Source: Bacteroidaceae bacterium
Lineage (GTDB): Bacteria > Bacteroidota > Bacteroidia > Bacteroidales > Bacteroidaceae
Assembly: GCA_017650045.1 (NCBI GenBank)
Contig: JAGCFP010000080.1
Location: 9,468-73,467 of the forward strand
Length of the DNA: 64,000 nucleotides
Reading direction: 5' to 3'
Numbering within the stretch: position 1 is the stretch's first letter; each line of letters starts with the position of its first letter. Position numbers and translations under genes: made by a program. Below, piece after piece: positions 9,378-17,170 of this stretch. The notes under the pieces were generated by a model, which saw only the letters and a list, made by a program, of their open reading frames with translations, searched no databases and was not told where the DNA came from.

Positions 9378-10157
9378 ATGAAAAGAAGTTATTTTTATCT
9401 AATGGGAGCTTTTTGCATGGTATCATTGATTACCATTTTGAGTGCATGTAGTAGTGATAACAATGAAATAGAAGATGTCTTGACAAGACAGAGTACAACT
9501 CAACATGTTAGCAGACAGACTTATTTTGACATTCCATTCTCTGATGAGGTATATGTCTATTCGATGCATTGGGATGGAGATGAAGGATGGAAGTATTTAG
9601 ACAATGAAGAAAAAGAAAAAATAGCTACCATCCCAGCAAGTTATGGAAAGAATGTATCTACTTCTGCATTGATATTGACTTGGTTGGATAACCCATTGAT
9701 GGATGTATACCATTTCTTCGACCACCCATTTGAGAAATATCAGGAGATGTTAAGAAAAGAATTTGGCAAGAATTTGTATGAAGAGATGTTGACACGCGAT
9801 GACATGGGGACTTGCCTTCTTGCCCTTTACAAAGCTCTCAATTTGAATGCAGATTACATGTTTATTAATAGGCTTCACGGAGACTTGCTTTATCTATGCT
9901 GTATGAGCGAGTTTAACAGCAAGATGACGCTTGAAGAGATGAAAGAGTTTGGAAAAATCGTTATCGAAAGAAACGGAGCAAGTGACTATGTTGGTATATT
10001 CTTTCCATTGTCGCATATTATGTTAAGTGCAGGTTTCTCTCCTGCTGTGGAAATATTAAATAATCCTGAATATCAGAATTTCTTAGAATGGGGATGGGGT
10101 AGAGTTCCTTCTCCGGATGTCTTTTCTGAGATTATAGATGATTTTATAAATAGTTGA
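9378..10157 (+). CDS. Hypothetical surface lipoprotein
   Basis: Lipobox LSAC followed by SSDNNEIED; helical domain W..L..EK..IP..VSTSALILTWLDNP..EEMLTRDD..LL..Y; AT-rich codons. Confidence 0.75.
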   Translation: MKRSYFYLMGAFCMVSLITILSACSSDNNEIEDVLTRQSTTQHVSRQTYFDIPFSDEVYVYSMHWDGDEGWKYLDNEEKEKIATIPASYGKNVSTSALILTWLDNPLMDVYHFFDHPFEKYQEMLRKEFGKNLYEEMLTRDDMGTCLLALYKALNLNADYMFINRLHGDLLYLCCMSEFNSKMTLEEMKEFGKIVIERNGASDYVGIFFPLSHIMLSAGFSPAVEILNNPEYQNFLEWGWGRVPSPDVFSEIIDDFINS

Positions 10158-10247
10158 ACTATGCTCCCAATACTTATTATTATGCTTAAAGAAGAATAAA
10201 ACCTGTGCAGGTAATGTGTAAAAATGCTCATAGCTTGGAAATTTTAA

Positions 10248-10345
10248 TTTTCTAGTTAGGAAAAAATAATTTACTAACTAAGAAAAAAAATCCTAACGTA
10301 GAAAAACTTTTTTCTGTGCACAGGAAAAAGTTTTTCTGTGCACAC
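10248..10345. repeat. Array of ~21 bp-spaced palindromes flanked by T/A tracts
   Basis: Cores CTAGTTAG (10252), CTAACTAA (10274), CTAACGTAG (10293), CTGTGCACAG (10314), CTGTGCACAC (10336). Confidence 0.75.
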
Positions 10346-10384
10346 GCGCAAACCATAGTTTTGTCGTTTTTAATACCACACTCT

Positions 10385-10610
10385 CTATTTCACCCTTCAC
10401 TCTTCACAGATAGCTCTTAAACGTCAGATTACCAGAATATAACGAGTGTGAAGTGTTGCGTTTGACTCTTCACAACACTTCACACTTTTTAGATTAGGAT
10501 TGCTCTAATGTGTGAAGAGTGGTGAAGTGTTAGCAGGCACTCTTCACACAAATTAGCCCATGATATATATAGATTAATAGGCGCTCTGTGAAGTGTGAAG
10601 GGTAAAATAG
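10385..10610. repeat. Multi-hairpin inverted-repeat element built from CTTCAC(A/T) heptamers
   Basis: Outer IR 24/26 (10385-10410 / 10585-10610); perfect inner IRs 10445-10458 / 10473-10486 and 10509-10521 / 10538-10550. Confidence 0.9.
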
Positions 10611-10700
10611 GAAGTAGGCCGTAACTTTTCTTCTGGATTTTTGTGTCAGAAATTTGGCTGTTCCGAAAATAATGTGTTACTTTGCACAAATTTTGGAGTT

Positions 10701-10808
10701 ATGATGCAGAAAAGAGTAAGAAACGAGGCTATCACGCAGCCGAGTGCCACGATGGCAAGGGGCGAAGGGGGGCTTGTTTCCTTTTCTGAAAATGATATTT
10801 CCTATTGA
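10701..10808 (+). CDS. Putative carB leader peptide (35 aa, MMQKRVRNEAITQPSATMARGEGGLVSFSENDISY)
   Basis: ATG 16 nt after promoter-like TTTG(10653)-N20-TTACTTTG(10677); stop codon abuts a terminator hairpin. Confidence 0.5.
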   Translation: MMQKRVRNEAITQPSATMARGEGGLVSFSENDISY

Positions 10809-10842
10809 GACGCTATCCTTATTCAAGGGTGGCGTTTTTTTT
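10809..10842 (+). terminator. Intrinsic terminator/attenuator in the carB 5' leader
   Basis: GACGCTATCCTT-ATTC-AAGGGTGGCGTT followed by T6, 31 nt upstream of the carB ATG. Confidence 0.8.
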
Positions 10843-10873
10843 GAGTGAGTATAATAACAACTACAAAAAGCAT

Positions 10874-13800
10874 ATGGAGAAGAAATGGAAAAAAGTACTC
10901 GTCTTAGGCTCAGGTGCGCTTAAGATCGGTCAGGCTGGTGAGTTCGACTACTCTGGTTCTCAGGCTCTCAAGGCTCTGCGTGAAGAAGGTATCAGCTCTG
11001 TGCTGGTGAACCCTAACATTGCTACGATTCAGACATCTGAAGGCATTGCCGACAAGGTGTATTTCTTGCCTATTACCACGTATTTCGTGGAGCGTATCAT
11101 TGAAAAAGAACGTCCCGACGGTATTCTGCTGGCTTTCGGTGGACAAACGGCACTGAACTGCGGTACGGAGCTGTATCAGAAAGGTGTGCTGAAGAAGTAT
11201 GGCGTAGAAGTGCTGGGTACCTCCGTAGAGGCTATCATGAACACGGAAGACCGTGACCTCTTCGTGAACCAACTGAACCAGATTCCGATGAAGACGCCTA
11301 AGAGTCACGCTGTGGAGAGCATGGAGGATGCCGTGAAGGCTGCCCGTGAGATTGGTTTCCCTGTGATGATTCGATCTGCCTATGCTCTGGGTGGTCAGGG
11401 CAGTGGCATCTGCAAGGATGAAGAGGCGTTCATGGAGCTGGCTGAGAGTGCTTTCACGTTCTCTAATCAGATATTGGTGGAAGAAAGCCTGAAGGGCTGG
11501 AAGGAGATAGAGTTTGAGTGCATTCGCGATGCAAACGACCATTGCTTCACGGTGGCCAGTATGGAGAACTTCGACCCACTGGGCATTCATACGGGTGAGA
11601 GCATCGTGGTGGCACCTACCTGTTCTCTGCGCGACGACCAGGTGAAGATGCTGCAGGAGCTCACCATCAAGTGTGTGAAGCATCTGAACATCGTGGGTGA
11701 GTGCAACATCCAGTTTGCTTTCAATGCAGAGACGAATGACTACCGTGTGATAGAGATCAATGCCCGCTTGTCTCGTTCTTCAGCGCTGGCATCCAAGGCT
11801 ACGGGTTATCCGTTGGCTTTCGTGGCTGCAAAGATCGCCTTGGGCTATACGCTCGACCAGATAGGTGAGATGGGTACCACGAACTCTGCGTATGTGGCTC
11901 CGTCACTGGATTACCTGATTTGCAAGATCCCTCGTTGGGACCTGACTAAGTTTGTAGGTGTGAGCCGTCAGATCGGTTCCAGCATGAAGTCGGTAGGCGA
12001 GGTGATGTCGATTGGTCGCAGCTTCGAGGAGGTGATCCAGAAAGGTCTGCGCATGATCGGACAGGGCATGCATGGCTTCGTGGGCAATGATGTGAAGTTT
12101 GACGATGTGGATAAGGAACTGGAGAATCCTACCGACCTGCGCGTGTTTGCCATCGCTCAGGCTTTGGAGCAGGGTGAGACGGTGGAGCACATCAGCGACA
12201 TTACCAAGATAGACCCATGGTTCATCAGCAGGATGAAGAACATCGTGGATTACAAGTTACTGCTTTCTAAATATAATAAGGTGGAAGACCTGCCTGCTGA
12301 TGTGCTGCGTGAGGCCAAGCGTCTGGGCTTCTCTGACTTCCAGATTGCCCGCTTCGTGCTGAAGCCTGAGGGCAACATGGAGAAGGAGAACCTGCAGGTG
12401 CGTGCCCGTCGCAAGGAACTGGGTATCCTGCCTGCTGTGAAGCGCATCAATACCGTGGCTTCTGAACATCCTGAGTTGACCAACTACCTCTATATGACTT
12501 ACGGTGTACAAGGACACGATGTGTCTTACTATCTGAATGAGAAGTCTGTAGCTGTACTGGGTAGTGGCGCTTATCGTATCGGTAGTAGCGTGGAATTCGA
12601 CTGGTGCTCTGTAACGGCTGCACAAACTGCCAGACAGTTGGGCTACAAGAGTATCATGATCAACTATAACCCTGAAACAGTATCTACCGACTATGACATG
12701 TGCGATCGTCTCTACTTTGATGAGCTTTCATTCGAGCGTGTGATGGATGTGATAGACTTGGAGAAGCCACGTGGTGTCATCGTTTCTGTGGGTGGCCAGA
12801 TTCCAAACAACCTCGCCATGAAACTTTATCGTCAGAATGTGCCTATCCTTGGTACTTCTCCGCTGAGCATCGATCGTGCTGAGAATCGCGATAAGTTCTC
12901 TCGTATGCTCGATCAGCTTGGTATCGACCAACCTGCATGGCAGGAACTGACTAATATTGACGATGTGAAGGAGTTTATCGGACGCGTGGGCTATCCAGTA
13001 TTGGTGCGTCCATCGTATGTGCTCTCTGGTGCTGCGATGAATGTTTGCTACGACGACGACGAACTGGCAGAGTACCTGAAGTTGGCTGCCAAGGTATCCA
13101 AGGAGTATCCTGTAGTGGTGTCTAAGTTCATGGAGAACACCAAGGAGATAGAGTTCGATGCTGTAGCACAGAACGGTGAAGTGGTGGAATATGCCATCTC
13201 TGAACACATTGAGTTCGCTGGTGTACACTCTGGTGATGCGACTCTGGTTTGCCCTGCACAGAAGATCTACTTCGCAACGGCACGCCGTATCAAGCACATC
13301 AGTCGCCAGATAGCTAAGGCGCTGAACATCACTGGTCCATTCAATATCCAGTATCTGGCACGCAACAATGAGGTGAAGGTGATCGAGTGCAACCTGCGTG
13401 CATCGCGTACCTTCCCATTCATCTCGAAGGTGATGAAGCAGAATTTCATAGAGACTGCTACCCGCATCATGCTGGATGCTCCTTATACAACCCCAGACAA
13501 GAGCGAGTTTGACATTGACTGGATAGGCGTAAAGGCTGCCCAGTTCTCCTTCTCTCGTCTGCAGAATGCCGACCCAGTGCTGGGTGTGGACATGTCGTCA
13601 ACGGGTGAGGTTGGCTGTATAGGCGATTCTGTGAATGAGGCGCTGCTCAGTGCCCTGATCTCTACGGGCTACAAGATTCCTCGTCCTGAGAAGGGTGTGA
13701 TGGTTTCTACAGGTGCCATGAAGTCGAAAGTGGACTTGCTGCCTGCTACCCAGATGCTGTATAAGTTGGGCTATAAGATCTATGCTACCGCAGGTACAGC

Positions 13801-14098
13801 AGCCTTCTTGAATGCCCATGGCGTAAGCACCATTCCTGTATTCTGGCCAGATGAGCGCCCAGATGCACAGAACAACGTGATGCGTATGATTAGCGGACAT
13901 GAGTTCGACCTGATCGTGAACATCCAGAAGAACCACACCAAGCGTGAGGTTACTAACGGCTATCGCATCCGTCGTGCTGCCATCGACCATAACATCCCAC
14001 TGATTACCAATGCTCGATTGGCAAGTGCTTTCATTGAGGCATTTACCAGTATGTCACTGGATGATGTGCAGATTAAGAGTTGGCAGGAATATAAATAA
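10874..14098 (+). CDS. carB: Carbamoyl-phosphate synthase large subunit (stand-alone, no adjacent carA)
   Basis: GSGALKIGQAGEFDYSG, two ATP-grasp halves, GSGAYRIGSSVEFDW, C-terminal MGS domain; ATG 10874. Confidence 0.97.
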   Translation: MEKKWKKVLVLGSGALKIGQAGEFDYSGSQALKALREEGISSVLVNPNIATIQTSEGIADKVYFLPITTYFVERIIEKERPDGILLAFGGQTALNCGTELYQKGVLKKYGVEVLGTSVEAIMNTEDRDLFVNQLNQIPMKTPKSHAVESMEDAVKAAREIGFPVMIRSAYALGGQGSGICKDEEAFMELAESAFTFSNQILVEESLKGWKEIEFECIRDANDHCFTVASMENFDPLGIHTGESIVVAPTCSLRDDQVKMLQELTIKCVKHLNIVGECNIQFAFNAETNDYRVIEINARLSRSSALASKATGYPLAFVAAKIALGYTLDQIGEMGTTNSAYVAPSLDYLICKIPRWDLTKFVGVSRQIGSSMKSVGEVMSIGRSFEEVIQKGLRMIGQGMHGFVGNDVKFDDVDKELENPTDLRVFAIAQALEQGETVEHISDITKIDPWFISRMKNIVDYKLLLSKYNKVEDLPADVLREAKRLGFSDFQIARFVLKPEGNMEKENLQVRARRKELGILPAVKRINTVASEHPELTNYLYMTYGVQGHDVSYYLNEKSVAVLGSGAYRIGSSVEFDWCSVTAAQTARQLGYKSIMINYNPETVSTDYDMCDRLYFDELSFERVMDVIDLEKPRGVIVSVGGQIPNNLAMKLYRQNVPILGTSPLSIDRAENRDKFSRMLDQLGIDQPAWQELTNIDDVKEFIGRVGYPVLVRPSYVLSGAAMNVCYDDDELAEYLKLAAKVSKEYPVVVSKFMENTKEIEFDAVAQNGEVVEYAISEHIEFAGVHSGDATLVCPAQKIYFATARRIKHISRQIAKALNITGPFNIQYLARNNEVKVIECNLRASRTFPFISKVMKQNFIETATRIMLDAPYTTPDKSEFDIDWIGVKAAQFSFSRLQNADPVLGVDMSSTGEVGCIGDSVNEALLSALISTGYKIPRPEKGVMVSTGAMKSKVDLLPATQMLYKLGYKIYATAGTAAFLNAHGVSTIPVFWPDERPDAQNNVMRMISGHEFDLIVNIQKNHTKREVTNGYRIRRAAIDHNIPLITNARLASAFIEAFTSMSLDDVQIKSWQEYK

Positions 14099-14122
14099 AA
14101 AAGAAAAAAAGTTTGACAAAAG

Positions 14123-14153
14123 TTTGCAGATACAAAAAATAGCCGTATCTTTG
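14123..14153 (+). promoter_or_regulatory. Bacteroidetes sigma-A promoter of tRNA-Val
   Basis: TTTG (14123)-N19-TATCTTTG (14146); similar TAnnTTTG boxes precede many genes in the window. Confidence 0.75.
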
Positions 14154-14181
14154 CATCGCTTTTCAGAAATGAAGAGCGAAA

Positions 14182-14259
14182 GGGCGTTTAGCTCAGCTGG
14201 TTTAGAGCATCTGCCTTACAAGCAGAGGGTCGGCGGTTCGAATCCGTCAACGCCCACCA
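14182..14259 (+). tRNA. tRNA-Val (anticodon TAC)
   Basis: Acceptor GGGCGTT/AACGCCC, D-arm TAGCTCAGCTGG..AGAGC, anticodon arm TCTGC-CTTACAA-GCAGA, T-loop GGTTCGAATCC, encoded CCA. Confidence 0.97.
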
Positions 14260-14292
14260 AGAGGTCTTACAAGAAATTGTGAGACCTCTTTT
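14259..14292 (+). terminator. Terminator after tRNA-Val
   Basis: AAGAGGTCTTACAA-GAAA-TTGTGAGACCTCTT then TT. Confidence 0.8.
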
Positions 14293-14365
14293 GTGTTTAT
14301 ATGAAAATTATTTCTTAACTTTGCACTTCCAATAGGTATTTAGTTATAAAGAAGGATAGACAACT

Positions 14366-15712
14366 ATGAAACTTGATGCGCTGACAGCCATTTCACCCAT
14401 TGATGGGCGCTATCGTGGTAAGACAGAATCATTGGCAGAATATTTCTCGGAATTTGCATTAATCAAATACCGTGTGCAGGTGGAGGTGGAGTATTTCATC
14501 ACCCTCTGTGAGTTGCCGCTTCCTCAGCTTCAGGGAGTGGATCCTGCGTGTTTTGAGTCGTTGAGAAACATTTACCGCCATTTTACGGAGGCAGATGCTT
14601 CCCGCATCAAGGAGATAGAGAGCGTGACCAACCATGACGTGAAGGCTGTGGAATACTTCCTCAAGGAGCAGTTCGACAAGCTTGGCGGCCTGGATGATGT
14701 GAAGGAATTCATACACTTCGGCCTTACGTCGCAGGACATCAACAATACCTCAGTGCCTCTGTCGTTAAAGGATGCGCTGCAAAAGGTATTCTATCCGTTG
14801 GTGGAAGAATTGATCGCTCAGCTCAGTACTTATGCAGAAGAGTGGAAAGACATACCGATGCTGGCAAAGACACATGGACAGCCTGCTTCACCTACCCGTT
14901 TAGGTAAGGAAGTGCAGGTGTATGTGTATAGATTGCAGAGCCAGCTGGACGAGCTGAAGGCTTGTAAGTTGACTGCCAAATTCGGTGGTGCTACGGGCAA
15001 TTATAATGCTCACCATGTGGCTTATCCGCAGATAGACTGGAAAAGCTTTGGCAATAAGTTCGTCAGTGAGAAACTGGGCTTGGAACGTGAGCAATTTACC
15101 ACACAGATATCCAATTATGATAATCTGGCAGCCGTATTCGATGGTATGAGGCGTATCAATACCATCGTGGTGGATATGGACCGTGACTTCTGGATGTATA
15201 TCTCCATGGGTTATTTCCACCAGAAGATTAAGGCTGGGGAGGTGGGCTCCAGTGCTATGCCGCATAAGGTGAATCCTATCGACTTTGAGAATTCTGAAGG
15301 GAATATGGGGATTGCCAATGCCATCTTGGGACACCTTTCCACGAAGTTGCCTGTGTCCAGACTCCAGAGAGACCTAACCGACAGTACGGTGCTCAGGAAC
15401 GTTGGAGTACCTATGGGACATGCCGTGATAGCCATACAGAGCACCTTGAAGGGACTGCGTAAGCTGTTGCTGAATGAGCAGGCCATCAATGCCGACCTTG
15501 ATGGTTGCTGGAGTGTGGTGGCAGAGGCAATACAGACCATCTTGAGAAGAGAGGGCTACCCACATCCTTATGAAGCATTGAAGGCACTCACCAGAACCAA
15601 TGATGCGATTACTGAGGCATCGATCAGTGCATTTATAGATTCCTTAGAGGTAAGCCAAGAAGTAAAAGAAGAATTACACCAGATAACTCCACATAGTTAT
15701 ACTGGCCTATAA
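14366..15712 (+). CDS. purB: Adenylosuccinate lyase
   Basis: ISPIDGRY, TNHDVKAVEY, signature GSSAMPHKVNPIDFENSEGN. Confidence 0.97.
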   Translation: MKLDALTAISPIDGRYRGKTESLAEYFSEFALIKYRVQVEVEYFITLCELPLPQLQGVDPACFESLRNIYRHFTEADASRIKEIESVTNHDVKAVEYFLKEQFDKLGGLDDVKEFIHFGLTSQDINNTSVPLSLKDALQKVFYPLVEELIAQLSTYAEEWKDIPMLAKTHGQPASPTRLGKEVQVYVYRLQSQLDELKACKLTAKFGGATGNYNAHHVAYPQIDWKSFGNKFVSEKLGLEREQFTTQISNYDNLAAVFDGMRRINTIVVDMDRDFWMYISMGYFHQKIKAGEVGSSAMPHKVNPIDFENSEGNMGIANAILGHLSTKLPVSRLQRDLTDSTVLRNVGVPMGHAVIAIQSTLKGLRKLLLNEQAINADLDGCWSVVAEAIQTILRREGYPHPYEALKALTRTNDAITEASISAFIDSLEVSQEVKEELHQITPHSYTGL

Positions 15713-15807
15713 AGTTTAAGGATCAGCGTTTAGAGTGATTAGAATATTTTATTTATAAAGATAATGGCCGTGATGGCTAATGTTTAATTTTATACGTATA
15801 AAACACT

Positions 15808-17154
15808 ATGAGTTCAGAAGATGAAGTTTGGCGTGACAATGAGAAAGCAGACGCCGGCCGTGATGGTAATCAGTTTGACAGAGAAGATTATGGCCACACT
15901 CCGGGTTTCCGCCCACAGAGAAGTTACAACAATGGTAATGGTACGGGACGTACACCTCGTCCACGATTCAACCCTAATGCAGGTGAAGCAGGCAGACGCG
16001 TAAGCTACAGCAGCAGTCGTCCTTATCGCCCTCGTTTCGAAAGTGCTGAAGGCGAAGCCCGTCCTCAACGCACTTATTCCAGCGACCGCCCTCAACGCTC
16101 TTATTATAGCAGCGACAATAGCGATCGCCCCGTTCGTTCGTATAATCGTCCTTATCGTTCTTATAATAGTGGTGAGGAAGGGGAGCGTCCACAGCGTCCT
16201 CAAGGCGACCGTCCTTATCGTCCTCGCTTCAACAGTGAAGGTGGTCAGCGTTCTTATGGCGACCGTCCTCAGCGTTCCTATGGTGAACGTCCGTTCCGTC
16301 CTCGCTTCCAAGGCGATGACCGTCAAGGTCGTGGTGGCCAACGTAAGTTCCAACAGAACCGTCCTGGCTACAATCCTAATGCGAAATACAGTCGTAAGAA
16401 ACAGATTGAATATAAAGAGCAATTCGTGGATCCAGAGGAGCCAATACGTTTGAACAAGTATTTGGCTAATGCAGGTGTTTGCTCTCGCCGTGAGGCTGAT
16501 GAATTCATCACTGCAGGTGTGGTAACTGTCAATGGTGAAGTGGTTTCTGAATTGGGTACTAAGATCAAGCGTGGCGACAAGGTGATGTTCCACGACCAGC
16601 CAGTAACCATCGAGCGTAAGATTTATATCTTGCTGAACAAACCAAAGGATACCGTGACGACGTCTGATGATCCTCAGGCTCGTAAGACGGTGCTCGACCT
16701 TGTGAAGAATGCTTGCCCAGAGCGTATCTACCCTGTAGGACGACTGGACCGCAACACCACGGGTGTGCTGTTGCTTACCAATGATGGCGACTTGGCTTCT
16801 AAGTTGACCCATCCAAAATTCCTGAAGAAGAAGATTTATCAGGTACACCTCGACAAGAAGCTGACCCGTGCTGACATGGATCAGATTACAAAGGGCATAC
16901 AGCTGGAAGATGGTGAAATCCATGCAGACGCCATCAGCTATGTAGATGAGAATAAGAAGGAAGATGTAGGTATCGAGATCCATTCTGGTCGTAACCGCAT
17001 CGTACGCCGAATCTTCGAGTCTTTGGGATATAAAGTATTGAAGCTGGACCGCGTTTATTTCGCAGGTCTGACAAAGAAAGGTCTGCGTAGGGGTGACTGG
17101 CGTTTCTTGACAGAGAATGAAGTGAATTTCCTGCGCATGGGTTCTTTCGAATAA
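15808..17154 (+). CDS. rluB: RsuA/RluB-family pseudouridine synthase with long repetitive disordered N-terminus
   Basis: S4 domain RLNKYLANAGVCSRREAD, LNKPK, GRLDRNTTG; ~200 aa of RPQRSY/RPYRPRF repeats. Confidence 0.88.
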   Translation: MSSEDEVWRDNEKADAGRDGNQFDREDYGHTPGFRPQRSYNNGNGTGRTPRPRFNPNAGEAGRRVSYSSSRPYRPRFESAEGEARPQRTYSSDRPQRSYYSSDNSDRPVRSYNRPYRSYNSGEEGERPQRPQGDRPYRPRFNSEGGQRSYGDRPQRSYGERPFRPRFQGDDRQGRGGQRKFQQNRPGYNPNAKYSRKKQIEYKEQFVDPEEPIRLNKYLANAGVCSRREADEFITAGVVTVNGEVVSELGTKIKRGDKVMFHDQPVTIERKIYILLNKPKDTVTTSDDPQARKTVLDLVKNACPERIYPVGRLDRNTTGVLLLTNDGDLASKLTHPKFLKKKIYQVHLDKKLTRADMDQITKGIQLEDGEIHADAISYVDENKKEDVGIEIHSGRNRIVRRIFESLGYKVLKLDRVYFAGLTKKGLRRGDWRFLTENEVNFLRMGSFE

Positions 17155-17170
17155 ATAGATAAACGTAAAA

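Noticed and set aside
8429-10610. CRISPR array (repeats separated by ~31-36 nt unique segments)
   Set aside because: Repeats alternate in orientation or have no spacers, are short and degenerate, and no cas genes are present
10489-10689. 66 aa minus-strand ORF
   Set aside because: Overlaps the palindromic element and carB promoter; no coding signal
10805-10873. N-terminal extensions from upstream starts in the ORF track (carB, tex, xseA, mdh, ilvD, ilvC, slyD, pheA, ispH)
   Set aside because: They run through terminators, promoters, repeats or neighbouring genes; downstream ATGs match family N-termini
14182-14365. tRNA-Val as a genomic island integration site
   Set aside because: Followed directly by its terminator and purB; no integrase and no duplicated tRNA 3' end seen
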